Below are positions 20,456 through 31,151 of a stretch of DNA of 64,000 nucleotides, piece after piece. The stretch comes from Victivallales bacterium (GTDB lineage: Bacteria; Verrucomicrobiota; Lentisphaeria; Victivallales; GWF2-38-69). Position 1 is the stretch's first letter. Each line of letters starts with the position of its first letter. Under the pieces are notes generated by a model, which had not been told where the DNA came from, searched no databases, and was given only the letters and a program-made list of their open reading frames with translations. Location: NCBI GenBank assembly GCA_021733985.1, contig JAIPJT010000004.1, forward strand, positions 2,923 to 66,922, given 5' to 3'. Position numbers and translations under genes: made by a program.

Positions 20456-21184
20456 TTAAGTCTCAGTTTTCCCAGTTATCTTTTTTGCTATATAAGAAGC
20501 CACATCTTCAGGATAAGTCCCTCTGCTGAAACCCGCGTCGTAGCCAAGTTCTATAGCCAATCTGTTAGTGATTCTGGGGCCGCCAACCACTACTATAAGT
20601 TTATCTCTAAGTCCTTCTGCCTCCAAAAGTTCAATAAGGTTAGTCATATTATGAATATGAACCTCTTTTTGTGTAACAATTTGAGAAATCAATATTGCAT
20701 CTGCATTAACTTTTTTTGCGTACTCAATAAATTCTTCATTTTCAACCTGGGCACCAAGGTTATGAGCTTCTATCATGGTGAATCTTTCGAGCCCGTAATG
20801 ATGGTCATAGCCTTTCATGTTCATTATGGCATCAATGCCGACAGTATGTGCATCTGTACCGGTACAAGCACCTACTATTACAAGTTTTCTTTTGATGTTT
20901 TCTTTTATGTAGTCATTGACTTCATAGAAATCCATACCTTTTTCTACTTCATCGACAACAATTTTATCAAAATCAACAGTAATTGAAGATGTTCCATAAG
21001 CAACAAAAAAAGTAAACCCCCTGCTTAATTCATGTGAATGAGCTATTTCACATTCTTCAAATCCCAGTTTTTTCATATACACAGAAGCTGCTTCATTTGC
21101 TTTGGCGGAAGCATCAACCGGCAAAGTGAAAGATACTTGAACTTTACCGTCGTTTAAAGTATCCCCGTAAGGTCTAATCATCAT
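20456..21184 (-). CDS. kamE: Lysine 5,6-aminomutase beta subunit (cobalamin-binding)
   Basis: RPYGDTLNDGKVQVSFTLP, GTDAHTVGIDAIMNMKG (DxHxxG plus PLP Lys); start moved to RBS-supported ATG. Confidence 0.95.
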   Translation of the reverse strand: MMIRPYGDTLNDGKVQVSFTLPVDASAKANEAASVYMKKLGFEECEIAHSHELSRGFTFFVAYGTSSITVDFDKIVVDEVEKGMDFYEVNDYIKENIKRKLVIVGACTGTDAHTVGIDAIMNMKGYDHHYGLERFTMIEAHNLGAQVENEEFIEYAKKVNADAILISQIVTQKEVHIHNMTNLIELLEAEGLRDKLIVVVGGPRITNRLAIELGYDAGFSRGTYPEDVASYIAKKITGKTET

Positions 21185-21214
21185 TTTACAAACCCTTTCT
21201 TTTATATTCAATTA

Positions 21215-22789
21215 TTATTTAATATTAAGCTTTTTCTTAAGGAATTGTTCCATCGGATTCCAGTAGTCAACTTCTTTTTCTTCTACGCCTTCCAGCCCTT
21301 TACCTCCATTTTTTGGACGGCTTATGTCTGCAAACATTTTCTGTTCTACAGCATCAAACAGACCGGAATCATTAACCTGGTTAAGAAAATCAATTGTTTC
21401 CTGCAGTACCTGTTGAGCTCTTTTCTGGATAATACCATCTTTTTTATATACTATATCTTCAGAAAAATCTGCTATATTATTTAGAACATACTGCGCATTG
21501 GCAACGGCGAGAAATCTATCCTGTATAAATGGAGTATGGATTGCTTCTGTGAGCATACCAAGGAGCAATATACCCTGTTTCGTTGCCCTTGAAACAAAGT
21601 TGAACATGGTGTTCATGGCATAACCTTTAAAAATATCGCCGGTCATATATTTTGTAGGAGGCATATATTTAAGCGGGGCTTCAGGGAAAATTTCACGAGC
21701 CATTTCAGCCTGGCTGAGCTCATACAGGAAACCGTTTTTAATTTCAGGATTCATTTCGAAGGCATGACCAAGGCCCATTTGAGAAGGTTTCATTCCGGAA
21801 CCATAAGCAAACTGTTCATTTATAAGCTGTGAAGCAGTTACTGTAAATGCTTTTTCATATGCGTCAGAAGTAGTCAGATAATTATCTTCACCAGTATTAA
21901 TAACAATGTCGGCAAATGAATTAATCATTCTGGAAAAATGCTGATCAACGAATGTTCTGTACATATTTATATCACGGAAAAGTATACCGTACATTGAGTC
22001 ATTGAGCATCATATCGAGTCTTTCGACAGCGCCCATTGCGGCTATTTCCGGCATGCAAAGACCTGAGCAGTAGTTTACAAGTCTGATATATTTACCAATT
22101 TGTTCACCTGTCTCATCAAGGGCTTTGCGCATTATTTTAAAATTTTCCTGAGTAGCGTAAGTTCCGCCGAACCCCTCTGTTGTCGCCCCGTAAGGTACAT
22201 AGTCAAGTAGGCTTTGACCTGTTGTTCTTATAACGGCTATGACATCAGCACCCTGGTTTGCAGCCGCCTGTGCCTGTTTAACATCTTCATATATATTACC
22301 TGTAGCAACAATTAAATAAAGGAGAGGAGAGTTTTCCTTGTTTTTGCAGCTGTTAATTTTTTCTGTTCTGTATTTTACATTTCCGGAGACTTTTCTGTCA
22401 AATTTATTGACAAGTTCATTTCCTTTTTCCTGAATATATTCGAAATCAACGAGGTCGATTTTTGAAATATCCAGGCCGTTTATTATTTCAGTATTTAATT
22501 CCTCAACGCTTAATCCCTTTTTTAGCAAAGCATTGATATAATATCGTGCGGCACCCCTTCCGAGGTTTTCCGAAAGCTGATTTGATATTATATTTGGAAC
22601 AGGAACACCATCCCGGTTTGCTCCGTCAGCACCGAGCATTCTTAATGTTGCTCTTTCTGTTGAATCTGTTGTATTTTTTCTGATATATTCTTCTACCGGT
22701 TTAACTATTTTTGATGCAAGTTTTCTTGCTTCGGCAATTTTGTTTTCCGATAAACCAAGTTTAGACTTAAATACCCCATTGGTTCTCAT
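21215..22789 (-). CDS. kamD: Lysine 5,6-aminomutase alpha subunit
   Basis: YLIVATGNIYED, IRTTGQSLLDYVPYGAT, NYCSGLCMPEIA, KYMPPTK. Confidence 0.96.
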   Translation of the reverse strand: MRTNGVFKSKLGLSENKIAEARKLASKIVKPVEEYIRKNTTDSTERATLRMLGADGANRDGVPVPNIISNQLSENLGRGAARYYINALLKKGLSVEELNTEIINGLDISKIDLVDFEYIQEKGNELVNKFDRKVSGNVKYRTEKINSCKNKENSPLLYLIVATGNIYEDVKQAQAAANQGADVIAVIRTTGQSLLDYVPYGATTEGFGGTYATQENFKIMRKALDETGEQIGKYIRLVNYCSGLCMPEIAAMGAVERLDMMLNDSMYGILFRDINMYRTFVDQHFSRMINSFADIVINTGEDNYLTTSDAYEKAFTVTASQLINEQFAYGSGMKPSQMGLGHAFEMNPEIKNGFLYELSQAEMAREIFPEAPLKYMPPTKYMTGDIFKGYAMNTMFNFVSRATKQGILLLGMLTEAIHTPFIQDRFLAVANAQYVLNNIADFSEDIVYKKDGIIQKRAQQVLQETIDFLNQVNDSGLFDAVEQKMFADISRPKNGGKGLEGVEEKEVDYWNPMEQFLKKKLNIK

Positions 22790-22803
22790 TCTATTTCCTT
22801 TCA

Positions 22804-24387
22804 TTATTTTTTGGCTAAGTATTTTTTTGCCTGTTTAATTATATTCGTATCAAGGCCGAGAATTTCGGCTATTTTAAGTGCGTCATAACAGGAAGCCCTG
22901 TTTGTATCATGTTCTATTTCATATTGCATAAAACTGTTAATCAGTTTTATTCTTTCTATGAAATCATAACCCGATTTAGATTTATAGTATTCAGTATACT
23001 TTTTATAATCCAGCCCTTTCATTCGGTAGAAGCACATTTCATCAAACTCAGGAAGATTCATAAAATGTGTTGATAAAAACGCATAGGCTATTTTTCTTGT
23101 GCTGAAATCGTTCAGTATGGCGGTTATAAGCGCTTCTGCCTCATGTGAATTTGTAGTACCCGCAAATTCGTCTATTAGATATAAGGCCTTTTCATTTGTA
23201 ATTCTGCAGGATTGAATAAAAGAAAAAATTTCCATACCGTAACTGCTCAAACCTGAAGAGTGTTCATGGTGAAGGTCTCCTATATAATGGAGGTTTTCAA
23301 AGACAGTGGTTTTATATTCTTTTGCAGGTACAAAGAACCCCATCTGTGTTAATACCTGAAGGAAAGCTATAGTTTTAAGAACAACTGTTTTACCACCCAT
23401 ATTAGAGCCGCTAATTACAATCATACGGTTTTTAAACAATACATTCAGCGGATAATATATAGTTTCCAGTTCAAGACAGTGTTCCATTACCGGTATACTT
23501 CTGCCTTCTTTTACTTCAATATTGCATCCGTATTCCTGTAAAACCGGTTTTTGCATATTATATTTTTCTGCAAGTACGGCTTTAGCTAAAATAACATCAA
23601 ATTTGTGTATTGATTTGATGTAACTTTTAATAAGTTTCAATTCTTTTTTTATTTTTGAAGACAGTTCTGTTATAACATTTTTTTCTTCCTGTTTTTCTTC
23701 TATAACAAGCTCTTCCTTGGTATAGTGCAGAGTAAAGTATTTTTCCGGGAGTACAGGCTTTATCAATACTTTGCTTGAGTCATAGCTTTCCTTATAGATA
23801 TAGTTACTGTCCATGTTTAAGACTTTCGCTTCTTCTATAACAATAAAGTTTTGAAATCTGAAATCCAGATTGAAGTTATTCTTAATATATTCAAGCCGTT
23901 CCCGTTTAAGGTTGAATAACTGTTTATCAAAATGTTTTATCCTGTTTCTTATTTCAGCCAGTTTTTCAGAGTAATTTTCACTTAGATAAAATGTTTCCTT
24001 ATTCCCGTTAAGGTTTAATTTTTTAAATAAACCGGTGGGTCTGAATTTCACAAAAAAGAGCATATATATTTCTTCAGGAAGAATTTCAGATATTTTTTTA
24101 TAGTTAAATAAAAACTTTTTAATTTCAAAGATATTAGTTGCGGTATAGCAATCGTTCTCAAGGAAGTTTAAATGCGGTATTCTTTTTAAATGGTATTCCA
24201 GTGAAGATGTTTTAGCAGTATCGCTTACAAGAAGAGAAATAAATTTTTTAATAAAAGAGTATTCAGTATTTAAATATTCTTCAGATGTAAATAATTCCCG
24301 TTTAGTTTTATCATTTTTTCCGTAAGGTGTAAACGGTGAGTATTTTTGATAAAAAGATTCAAACTCTGCAAAATCAAATATATTCAT
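22804..24387 (-). CDS. kamC: MutS-like ATPase, lysine 5,6-aminomutase reactivase subunit
   Basis: ISGSNMGGKT Walker A, GLSSYGMEI, LIDEFAGTTN, STHF; no mismatch-binding domain; adjacent to kamDE. Confidence 0.8.
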   Translation of the reverse strand: MNIFDFAEFESFYQKYSPFTPYGKNDKTKRELFTSEEYLNTEYSFIKKFISLLVSDTAKTSSLEYHLKRIPHLNFLENDCYTATNIFEIKKFLFNYKKISEILPEEIYMLFFVKFRPTGLFKKLNLNGNKETFYLSENYSEKLAEIRNRIKHFDKQLFNLKRERLEYIKNNFNLDFRFQNFIVIEEAKVLNMDSNYIYKESYDSSKVLIKPVLPEKYFTLHYTKEELVIEEKQEEKNVITELSSKIKKELKLIKSYIKSIHKFDVILAKAVLAEKYNMQKPVLQEYGCNIEVKEGRSIPVMEHCLELETIYYPLNVLFKNRMIVISGSNMGGKTVVLKTIAFLQVLTQMGFFVPAKEYKTTVFENLHYIGDLHHEHSSGLSSYGMEIFSFIQSCRITNEKALYLIDEFAGTTNSHEAEALITAILNDFSTRKIAYAFLSTHFMNLPEFDEMCFYRMKGLDYKKYTEYYKSKSGYDFIERIKLINSFMQYEIEHDTNRASCYDALKIAEILGLDTNIIKQAKKYLAKK

Positions 24388-25237
24388 AAGGATTGAAAAC
24401 AACTTTCTCATTTATACAGTTTTTAGTTAAAGCCTGGTTAAAATCTTCCCTCGTTATGTCAAATAAATTTACAGATATAAAGTTCAAGTGGAATTTTTCT
24501 TTATAATATACTGTTGTCCTTTTCAGCAGATCAGAGAGCTCATTCCAATTTAGAAAAATTTTAGTGAAATCATTAATTAGTATTATATTAAAAGCTTCAG
24601 GTATCTTTGAAGCTTTGATATTTGTAAGCGCTCCTTCACAGACAAAGCATTCTTCTTCTTCAAAATCTTTTTCTTTCTTAACAGGAAATTTTTTTACCAA
24701 ATTTAGTGTTTTGATTTGATTTAATGATTTAATTAAATTTTTCTGTGATACTTTCATAACATAAATGAATTCAGCTTCAGGGGCTGAAGTAATTTGAGTT
24801 ATTCTGTTGACTGCTCCGTCAATAAGATTAGTCTTTATAACTGTTTCTTCTCTTAAATATTTTAAAATAAAATCAAGCTGTGAATTGTTTTCGGGGCCGA
24901 TAAGTTCTATAGAACCTTTCCTGAGGATTCTGATTAACACAAGCCGTCCGAGTTTTGAGATAAAAGGGAATACTTCTACTACTTCAAAAACTGCATCTGT
25001 AACAGTTAATGCATATTCACAAGTTACAATATAATCATTTTTTTCTGCTGTAATACCGGGTTTTGGAGTTCCGAAGATCATATCTTCTTTTTCTCCGTCA
25101 ATGCCGATCGTCATATAACATAATGAATCGGCCTTCTTCCTTATGAGCGGAAGAAGGTAATTCAAAAATGTTGTTTTTCCGGCATTTTTGCTGTTCCCGG
25201 TTATAAAAGTAGTTTTATTGATTATACTATTTATCAT
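24374..25237 (-). CDS. kamB: Lysine 5,6-aminomutase reactivase subunit (P-loop)
   Basis: GNSKNAGKTT, TIGIDGE, LIDGAVNR; position before kamC-kamD-kamE. Confidence 0.75.
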   Translation of the reverse strand: MINSIINKTTFITGNSKNAGKTTFLNYLLPLIRKKADSLCYMTIGIDGEKEDMIFGTPKPGITAEKNDYIVTCEYALTVTDAVFEVVEVFPFISKLGRLVLIRILRKGSIELIGPENNSQLDFILKYLREETVIKTNLIDGAVNRITQITSAPEAEFIYVMKVSQKNLIKSLNQIKTLNLVKKFPVKKEKDFEEEECFVCEGALTNIKASKIPEAFNIILINDFTKIFLNWNELSDLLKRTTVYYKEKFHLNFISVNLFDITREDFNQALTKNCINEKVVFNPYEYI

Positions 25238-25243
25238 GTCTTT

Positions 25244-26446
25244 TCAATTTGCCTGTTTTGTTCTAACATCTATTACTTTTTCATTTTCGGTTTCAAATGT
25301 GATAGAACCATATTTTTTTGTCTCCATACAATAACCTGCTATGAATTCATCGAGGGTAAGTTTCTGACTTTCCAATGGGGGGAAAAGCCCGTTTTGCAAT
25401 GCACATTTTGCACCATGCGGCATGCCGTCAGAACTGAAAATTAAATCTACGCCGGGAATATAGCCAGCCTGGTCAATAAGCATCCTGAACGGATTATTTT
25501 TCTTTAGGCACTCGTCAGTTAATTTACCTTTGAAAAGTATGGATTCTTCCGAGAAGTTTATCTGCATAGAAAGTACTATTCCAAGTTTTTTGCATTTTAA
25601 AGCTACTTCCGGTGATATATACTGAGCATGTTCGATTCTCATACATGGAAGCTTAATGTTTTCCTGTTCTATAATATCTACTAATTGTTCAATTACTATT
25701 TCACCTAAAGCATGTGCCGCGACAGCCTTACCTTCGGATTCGGCAAATTTGAGATCATTTTTAAGTTCCTCATCTGTATAGAGTTTTATTCCACCGTCAA
25801 AGTCGGAGTTTACATACCCGTTAATAGCTGCTGTACCGGGACTTATTGCCCCGTCAAGAAAAATTTTAAAACCGGCTATTTTATCTTTATATTTTTCAGG
25901 CAGAGTTTTATAAGATTTCAGGTCTATCCAGATTTTTACTCTGTGTAAATAACCGGTTTTTTCATATAAATCTATAAAATCTGTGTTGGGTAAAAGCAGA
26001 TCCTGCATTTTGTAAATTTGATTTTCTTTAAGCATGTAATCGAAAAATTCATGAACATCTTTTTCAGTAATTTTTTTAATTTGCGGAATAAATTTAATAA
26101 TCGAGTAAAGGTTATGTTCGATCCATTCAAGATTTTCAATATTATTTACAATTTCCGGAAATTCATCTATTAACTTGTCTTTTGCCTTCTGATTCATTAT
26201 GTAATTGTGAAGGGAACTATCGCATATCAGTACTGCAGGAAGTTCTTTTTCAATTCTGTCTTTTGCTGTATCTCCGAAAGTCCATCCAAGAACAACATTT
26301 ACATCTTCGTCAAGTTCTTTTATTCTGTTTAAAGCTTTTTCCAAATCCTTAACGTTTCTCAGATCGAGACAGTTTCTCAGTGCCAAATAAAAGGAAGTGT
26401 GAGTGTGATGGTCATTAAGCAGCGGAATATTGTGTGTTGTTTTCAT
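25244..26446 (-). CDS. Metal-dependent amidohydrolase (amidohydrolase_3/YtcJ-like)
   Basis: DHHTH, KIFLDGA, AAHALGE, RIEHAQ, FSSDGMP metal ligands. Confidence 0.82.
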   Translation of the reverse strand: MKTTHNIPLLNDHHTHTSFYLALRNCLDLRNVKDLEKALNRIKELDEDVNVVLGWTFGDTAKDRIEKELPAVLICDSSLHNYIMNQKAKDKLIDEFPEIVNNIENLEWIEHNLYSIIKFIPQIKKITEKDVHEFFDYMLKENQIYKMQDLLLPNTDFIDLYEKTGYLHRVKIWIDLKSYKTLPEKYKDKIAGFKIFLDGAISPGTAAINGYVNSDFDGGIKLYTDEELKNDLKFAESEGKAVAAHALGEIVIEQLVDIIEQENIKLPCMRIEHAQYISPEVALKCKKLGIVLSMQINFSEESILFKGKLTDECLKKNNPFRMLIDQAGYIPGVDLIFSSDGMPHGAKCALQNGLFPPLESQKLTLDEFIAGYCMETKKYGSITFETENEKVIDVRTKQAN

Positions 26447-26474
26447 TTTTAACTCCTGTAATATTTAGTTAATA

Positions 26475-27758
26475 TTATTCTTCTTCATGGATTGCCTGAG
26501 GATTGTAGCCTTTTAACTTGTTTACCAGAATCACTAAAATTAAAAAAGCGGTTATTAACAGCATAAATACTGCTCCGGAAATAAAAACAAGTTTAAGCCC
26601 GACAGTTGCTTTGATGTAACTGGAAGCCAATGGAGCGATAACAGTGCCTACTGCTCCGCTTCCTAATACAGCAGTAGTCAGTCTGCTGGTTGCATGAGGA
26701 ACCTGGGTAGTACCTGTAGTAGCAATTGTTGAATATGCTGCTGCAAAGCACATTCCTGTTACTGCGGTAAATAAAAAAGCCCAAATAATACTGATATTCA
26801 ACACGGCCATGAGAAACAGGAGAATACCTGAAAGAGTGCAGATGAAACAGATATAAGTTTCCTGGGAAATTTTTTTTAGTATAAAAGTTGCGGAAAAGCG
26901 GCCGATTATTACAAAACCCCAAAAGGTCGAGATAAGGTAACTGCCGACACTGGCTGTCATTCCTATTTCTTTTTGTCCAAAAATAGGCAGCCAGAATATT
27001 ACAATGGTTTCAGCAATCACATAGAACATTAAAGAAAAACTCATTAAATATACTGTAACAGGCCAGTTAACTAGTTCATCAAGCCATGTCCTGCGGACCT
27101 CCAAATGTTTCGGCCTGGTTTTTTTTGAAGTTGAGACTGAAACTTTTTTGGGCGCTTCAAAGTTTGTAAATAGACAAAGTATAAATGCTAATACTATAAA
27201 AAGAATCACACTTGAAAGTGTTATATTCCAACTGAATTTAAGTTCATCAAGCATATAATTGAAAATTTTAGGAGCAGTAGTTGCACCGATGGCATATACC
27301 AGGGAAACTAATGCCATTTTAGAGGCTCTTTCTTTGTTATCCGTGATATAGATTATCAGATAGTATCCTAAGGAGAAGCACATTCCGTAACCAATTCCGT
27401 ATACAAACAATGCTATGTAAAAAATATGGATATTGGTTGAAATCAGTATTATCCCAATGCCAATAAAAAGTAAAATACTTGTAAGGATATTAGTTGTCTT
27501 AAGTGAAACAAATTCCAGCACAAGGCCTGTTGTGGCAAAAACCATAACTGCACTTGATAATGTAAAAAACGAATAACTTGCTACAGCGCTTGAAACATCC
27601 ACACCTAAAGCTTTGGCTATATCTCCGATCACAACTCCGATTGCCGGAAAACTCGCACCTAAAAAAATCATATAAAGATATGATACATATTCAATTTTTT
27701 TCTTTTCTGTTTTTAGATAACGCATATAGCGCTGTTTCATCGTTTCAGCAGCATACAT
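26475..27758 (-). CDS. MFS transporter (TsgA-like)
   Basis: About 12 hydrophobic helices in 6+6 arrangement, FWGFVIIGRF motif. Confidence 0.85.
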   Translation of the reverse strand: MYAAETMKQRYMRYLKTEKKKIEYVSYLYMIFLGASFPAIGVVIGDIAKALGVDVSSAVASYSFFTLSSAVMVFATTGLVLEFVSLKTTNILTSILLFIGIGIILISTNIHIFYIALFVYGIGYGMCFSLGYYLIIYITDNKERASKMALVSLVYAIGATTAPKIFNYMLDELKFSWNITLSSVILFIVLAFILCLFTNFEAPKKVSVSTSKKTRPKHLEVRRTWLDELVNWPVTVYLMSFSLMFYVIAETIVIFWLPIFGQKEIGMTASVGSYLISTFWGFVIIGRFSATFILKKISQETYICFICTLSGILLFLMAVLNISIIWAFLFTAVTGMCFAAAYSTIATTGTTQVPHATSRLTTAVLGSGAVGTVIAPLASSYIKATVGLKLVFISGAVFMLLITAFLILVILVNKLKGYNPQAIHEEE

Positions 27759-27792
27759 AAACTCCCCCCTTTTATTTTTAATTAAACATAGT

Positions 27793-27826
27793 AACAGATT
27801 CAGCGTAAACCTACGCTGGATCTGTT
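27793..27826 (-). terminator. Intra-operon stem-loop between kdd and the MFS gene
   Basis: AACAGATTCAGCGTA-AACC-TACGCTGGATCTGTT, 15-bp stem with weak U tract. Confidence 0.6.
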
Positions 27827-27835
27827 TTAAACAAA

Positions 27836-28873
27836 TTAAACATATAATTGTTTGTAGAGCTCTCTGATTCGGGTGCTTTCACGGATGATATTAATAGCTA
27901 TATTTGCGTGATTATAAGCATAACCGTTTCCTACAATCATATCAATATCTTTGCCTACACCTTCAGCGCCCAGGGCTGCTTTAGTAAAAGATGTGGCCAT
28001 GCTGAAAAAATATACAGTTCCTCTGTCCTTTGTCATGAGAATTGAACCCATTTCTGTATTCTGTATGTTTACATTATTTATAACTACATCGCAGAGCTTT
28101 CCATTTGTTGCAGCCATAGCTTTTTCATAGCAGCTGATAGCGTCAGTTGCGTCAAGCTTTATGACCTCGTCACATAGTTCCAAACTTTTCAGGAGTTTAA
28201 GGTTTTCATCTGAGTAGTCCATGCCTATGATTTTACCGTTGGGACCGGCGGCTTTTTTAGCGGCATAAGCGCAGAGAATGCCTGATTTTCCTGCAGCACC
28301 GATAATTGCAACTGTATTGTCTTTTTTGACAAGCCTTTCTGTCTGGGCCGGTGCCCCGGCTACATCTAATACAGCCAAAGCAAGTGAAGGTGGAATATCA
28401 TCAGGAAGCTTTGCATATATAGCTGATTCAAATAGTATTGCCTGTCCTTTAATTACAACCTGGTCAATGTTCTTTTTTACTTCCACAATTTCATCTATTT
28501 TTAATGGAGTCAGTGACAAGGATACCAGGCTTGCAATTCTGTCTCCCTCTTTGACTGAAACTTTAGATTTTATTTTATCTCCGATTGCATCTATATTCCC
28601 AATAAACATGCCGCCTGAACCGGTCACGGGATTTTTAAGTTTGCCGTTTCTCTTTACTAAATCCAGGATGATTTCCTTGATTTTTTCACTATCCCCGCCT
28701 GCTTGTTCTTTTATCTGTGTAAAACTTGCAGAGTCCACATTTAAAATATCAACATTGACACGTATTTCGTTGTCAAATAGCTCCATGTCATTTGAAATTT
28801 TTAAAGCTGGCTGAGGCAGTACTCTGGCCGGCTCGATTACTCTGTGGATTCCGTATGGGTTCCCTTGTTTCAT
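27836..28873 (-). CDS. kdd: L-erythro-3,5-diaminohexanoate dehydrogenase
   Basis: GNPYGIHRVIEP, LNVDSASF, NPVTGSGGM, LDVAGAPAQ, FFSMATSF; start at RBS-supported ATG 28873. Confidence 0.95.
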   Translation of the reverse strand: MKQGNPYGIHRVIEPARVLPQPALKISNDMELFDNEIRVNVDILNVDSASFTQIKEQAGGDSEKIKEIILDLVKRNGKLKNPVTGSGGMFIGNIDAIGDKIKSKVSVKEGDRIASLVSLSLTPLKIDEIVEVKKNIDQVVIKGQAILFESAIYAKLPDDIPPSLALAVLDVAGAPAQTERLVKKDNTVAIIGAAGKSGILCAYAAKKAAGPNGKIIGMDYSDENLKLLKSLELCDEVIKLDATDAISCYEKAMAATNGKLCDVVINNVNIQNTEMGSILMTKDRGTVYFFSMATSFTKAALGAEGVGKDIDMIVGNGYAYNHANIAINIIRESTRIRELYKQLYV

Positions 28874-28895
28874 GTTACCTGTTCCTTTGTTTGTT

Positions 28896-29714
28896 TTAAT
28901 TTTTAAGTTTAAACATTTCTCTGACATCTGCGGGCGTTGCAACAGAATATCCTGCGGCTTTGGATATTTTTGCAGCTCGTTCTACAAGCTGAGCATTGCT
29001 TTCGGCTAAAATACCTTTATCGAAATATATATTGTCTTCAAAGCCTACGCGCATAAAACCGCCAAGAGCAAGAGCTCCGTAATGGGCTTCAAGTGCTGCT
29101 TTGCCGCCAATGCCTATTACTGTCCAGCAAGTGCTTTCCGGCAGTCTCCTTACAAAAAAGCCAAGAGTTTCGACATCATATTTTGCCGCACCAGGGACAT
29201 TTAAAACAAAACTGTAATGGTAAGGCGGTTCTATGAGTCCTTCTTTAACAAGGAGATTTGCAGAATAAACATGGGACAAGTCAAAACATTCGAGAGTAGG
29301 TTTAACATTCTGTCTTTTCATTTCTTTAGCAAATTGCCGCATAATAGGCAAAGTATTGACAATATATTCATTTCCGAAATTCACTGTTCCGCAGTCAAGA
29401 GATGCCATTTCTGGTTTCAGTGAAACAACTTCAAGTCTTTCCTCGGGTGACATACCTACACCGCCGCCGGTTGTGACTTCAATGACTATATCACATTTTT
29501 TTCTAATAAGTTCAACTGCTTTTTGGAAAATATTAATATCCATCGTTGCTCTGCCGTCTTTGTCTCTGACATGCAAGTGGCAGATAGAAGCTCCCTTAAG
29601 ATATGAATTATAAGTACTTTCTGCTATTTCTTCGGGAGTAACAGGCAGGTTCGGATTATCTTTTTTGGATGTTTCGGCACCGCAGACAGCCACAGTAATG
29701 ACCATTTTTTTCAT
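28896..29714 (-). CDS. kce: 3-keto-5-aminohexanoate cleavage enzyme
   Basis: ITVAVCGAE, HLHVR, TTGG, RVGFEDN (BKACE/DUF849); operon context. Confidence 0.93.
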   Translation of the reverse strand: MKKMVITVAVCGAETSKKDNPNLPVTPEEIAESTYNSYLKGASICHLHVRDKDGRATMDINIFQKAVELIRKKCDIVIEVTTGGGVGMSPEERLEVVSLKPEMASLDCGTVNFGNEYIVNTLPIMRQFAKEMKRQNVKPTLECFDLSHVYSANLLVKEGLIEPPYHYSFVLNVPGAAKYDVETLGFFVRRLPESTCWTVIGIGGKAALEAHYGALALGGFMRVGFEDNIYFDKGILAESNAQLVERAAKISKAAGYSVATPADVREMFKLKN

Positions 29715-29749
29715 AGTTAAATTTCTCCTGTATTTTATGATTCCCGTTA

Positions 29750-30403
29750 TTATTTAATATCTATAGTTTTTATATCGTCAGGAACAAGAAATTCTGCATC
29801 TGTTGCTTTTTTGATATCATCTATTGTTGTATCCGGAGCGATTTCTTCTAAAACCATTCCTTTATTAGTTATCTTAAAAACACCCATTTCGGTTATAATG
29901 TCAGTAACTTTTCCTGCAGCTGTTAACGGCAGGGAACATTTTTTCATTATTTTAGGATTCCCTTTTTGAGTGTGCAGCATTGCGACTATAACTCTCTTTG
30001 CGCCGGAAACAAGGTCCATAGCCCCACCCATTCCGGGAACCATTTTGCCGGGTATTTTCCAATTGGCAATATCGCCGCTTTGGCTTACCTGTAATGCGCC
30101 GAGAATTGTGACATCTACATGTCCGCCGCGGATAATACCAAAAGAAGTAGCCGAATCGAAATACATTGCACCCGGGTTTGCAGTAACAGGCTGTCCTCCT
30201 GCATTTGTAAGCCTGAGATCTTCATTACCTTTTTCAGGAGCAGGTCCCAGTCCCATAATTCCGTTCTCTGACTGAAAAGTAATATCCTGGCCACTTTCTA
30301 TATAATTTGCCACCATGGTAGGAAGGCCTATGCCGAGGTTAACTACATTGCCGTCATTAAGCTCTTTTGCGGCTCGTTTAGCGATTAATACTTTAGGATT
30401 CAT
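29750..30403 (-). CDS. atoA: 3-oxoacid (acetoacetate) CoA-transferase subunit B
   Basis: VNLGIGLPT, QSENG catalytic Glu, GMGGAMDLV. Confidence 0.9.
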   Translation of the reverse strand: MNPKVLIAKRAAKELNDGNVVNLGIGLPTMVANYIESGQDITFQSENGIMGLGPAPEKGNEDLRLTNAGGQPVTANPGAMYFDSATSFGIIRGGHVDVTILGALQVSQSGDIANWKIPGKMVPGMGGAMDLVSGAKRVIVAMLHTQKGNPKIMKKCSLPLTAAGKVTDIITEMGVFKITNKGMVLEEIAPDTTIDDIKKATDAEFLVPDDIKTIDIK

Positions 30404-30404
30404 A

Positions 30405-31085
30405 TTACAGTTTTCCTCCATCAACTATATAATCAACAAAGATATGAGAAGTTACTACATTGTCGGGGTCAATCTCGCCGACTTCAACGATTTTTGCTGC
30501 TTCAACAATTACTCTGTCACAAGCCATTGCCATTAGCGGATTAAAGTTTCTTTCAGTTTTGCTGTAGCAGATATTGCCTTTTCTGTCTACAATAGCACCT
30601 TTTATCAGAGCGACATCTCCTCTCATAGGCTTTTCCAGGAGGTAGGTCTTTCTGTCAACAACAATTTTTTGCTTATCTTTTTCCACTTCTGTTTTTAGTC
30701 CTGTCGGTGTTAAAATACCTCCAAGCCCGAAACCAGCGGCTCTGATTTGTTCGGCGAGTGTGCCTTGCGGAACTAAAGTTACTTTAGCTTCTCCGGTATT
30801 CATCTGTTTACCGGTTTCCTTATTTGTCCCAATGTGGGTTGATATAAGATGTGAAATCTGTTTATTGACTATTAATTTGCCTATACCGGCTTTAATATTA
30901 CCGATATCTTCTGCGAAGCCTGAGTCATTACATATTACTGTAAGATTTTCAACTTTTTTATTACATAGTTCATCAATAAGCCTGTGCGGTGCACCGCAGG
31001 ATAAAAAACCGCCTATCATTAGAGTGTCGCCTTCTCTTATGAGGTCGGCGGCGATTTCTGCTGTAATAATTTTACTTTTACTCAT
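30405..31085 (-). CDS. atoD: 3-oxoacid (acetoacetate) CoA-transferase subunit A
   Basis: MIGGF, PQGTLAEQIRAAG, RNFNPLMA. Confidence 0.9.
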   Translation of the reverse strand: MSKSKIITAEIAADLIREGDTLMIGGFLSCGAPHRLIDELCNKKVENLTVICNDSGFAEDIGNIKAGIGKLIVNKQISHLISTHIGTNKETGKQMNTGEAKVTLVPQGTLAEQIRAAGFGLGGILTPTGLKTEVEKDKQKIVVDRKTYLLEKPMRGDVALIKGAIVDRKGNICYSKTERNFNPLMAMACDRVIVEAAKIVEVGEIDPDNVVTSHIFVDYIVDGGKL

Positions 31086-31151
31086 TTCTATTTCCTGTTT
31101 TAGCAAATATAAAATATTAAAAATGACGTTTCCTGTTAACCGATTTAAACT

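Noticed and set aside
22804-24387. MutS-like gene as a DNA repair or defence factor
   Set aside because: Lacks mismatch-binding and Smr domains; context fits the KamC reactivase.
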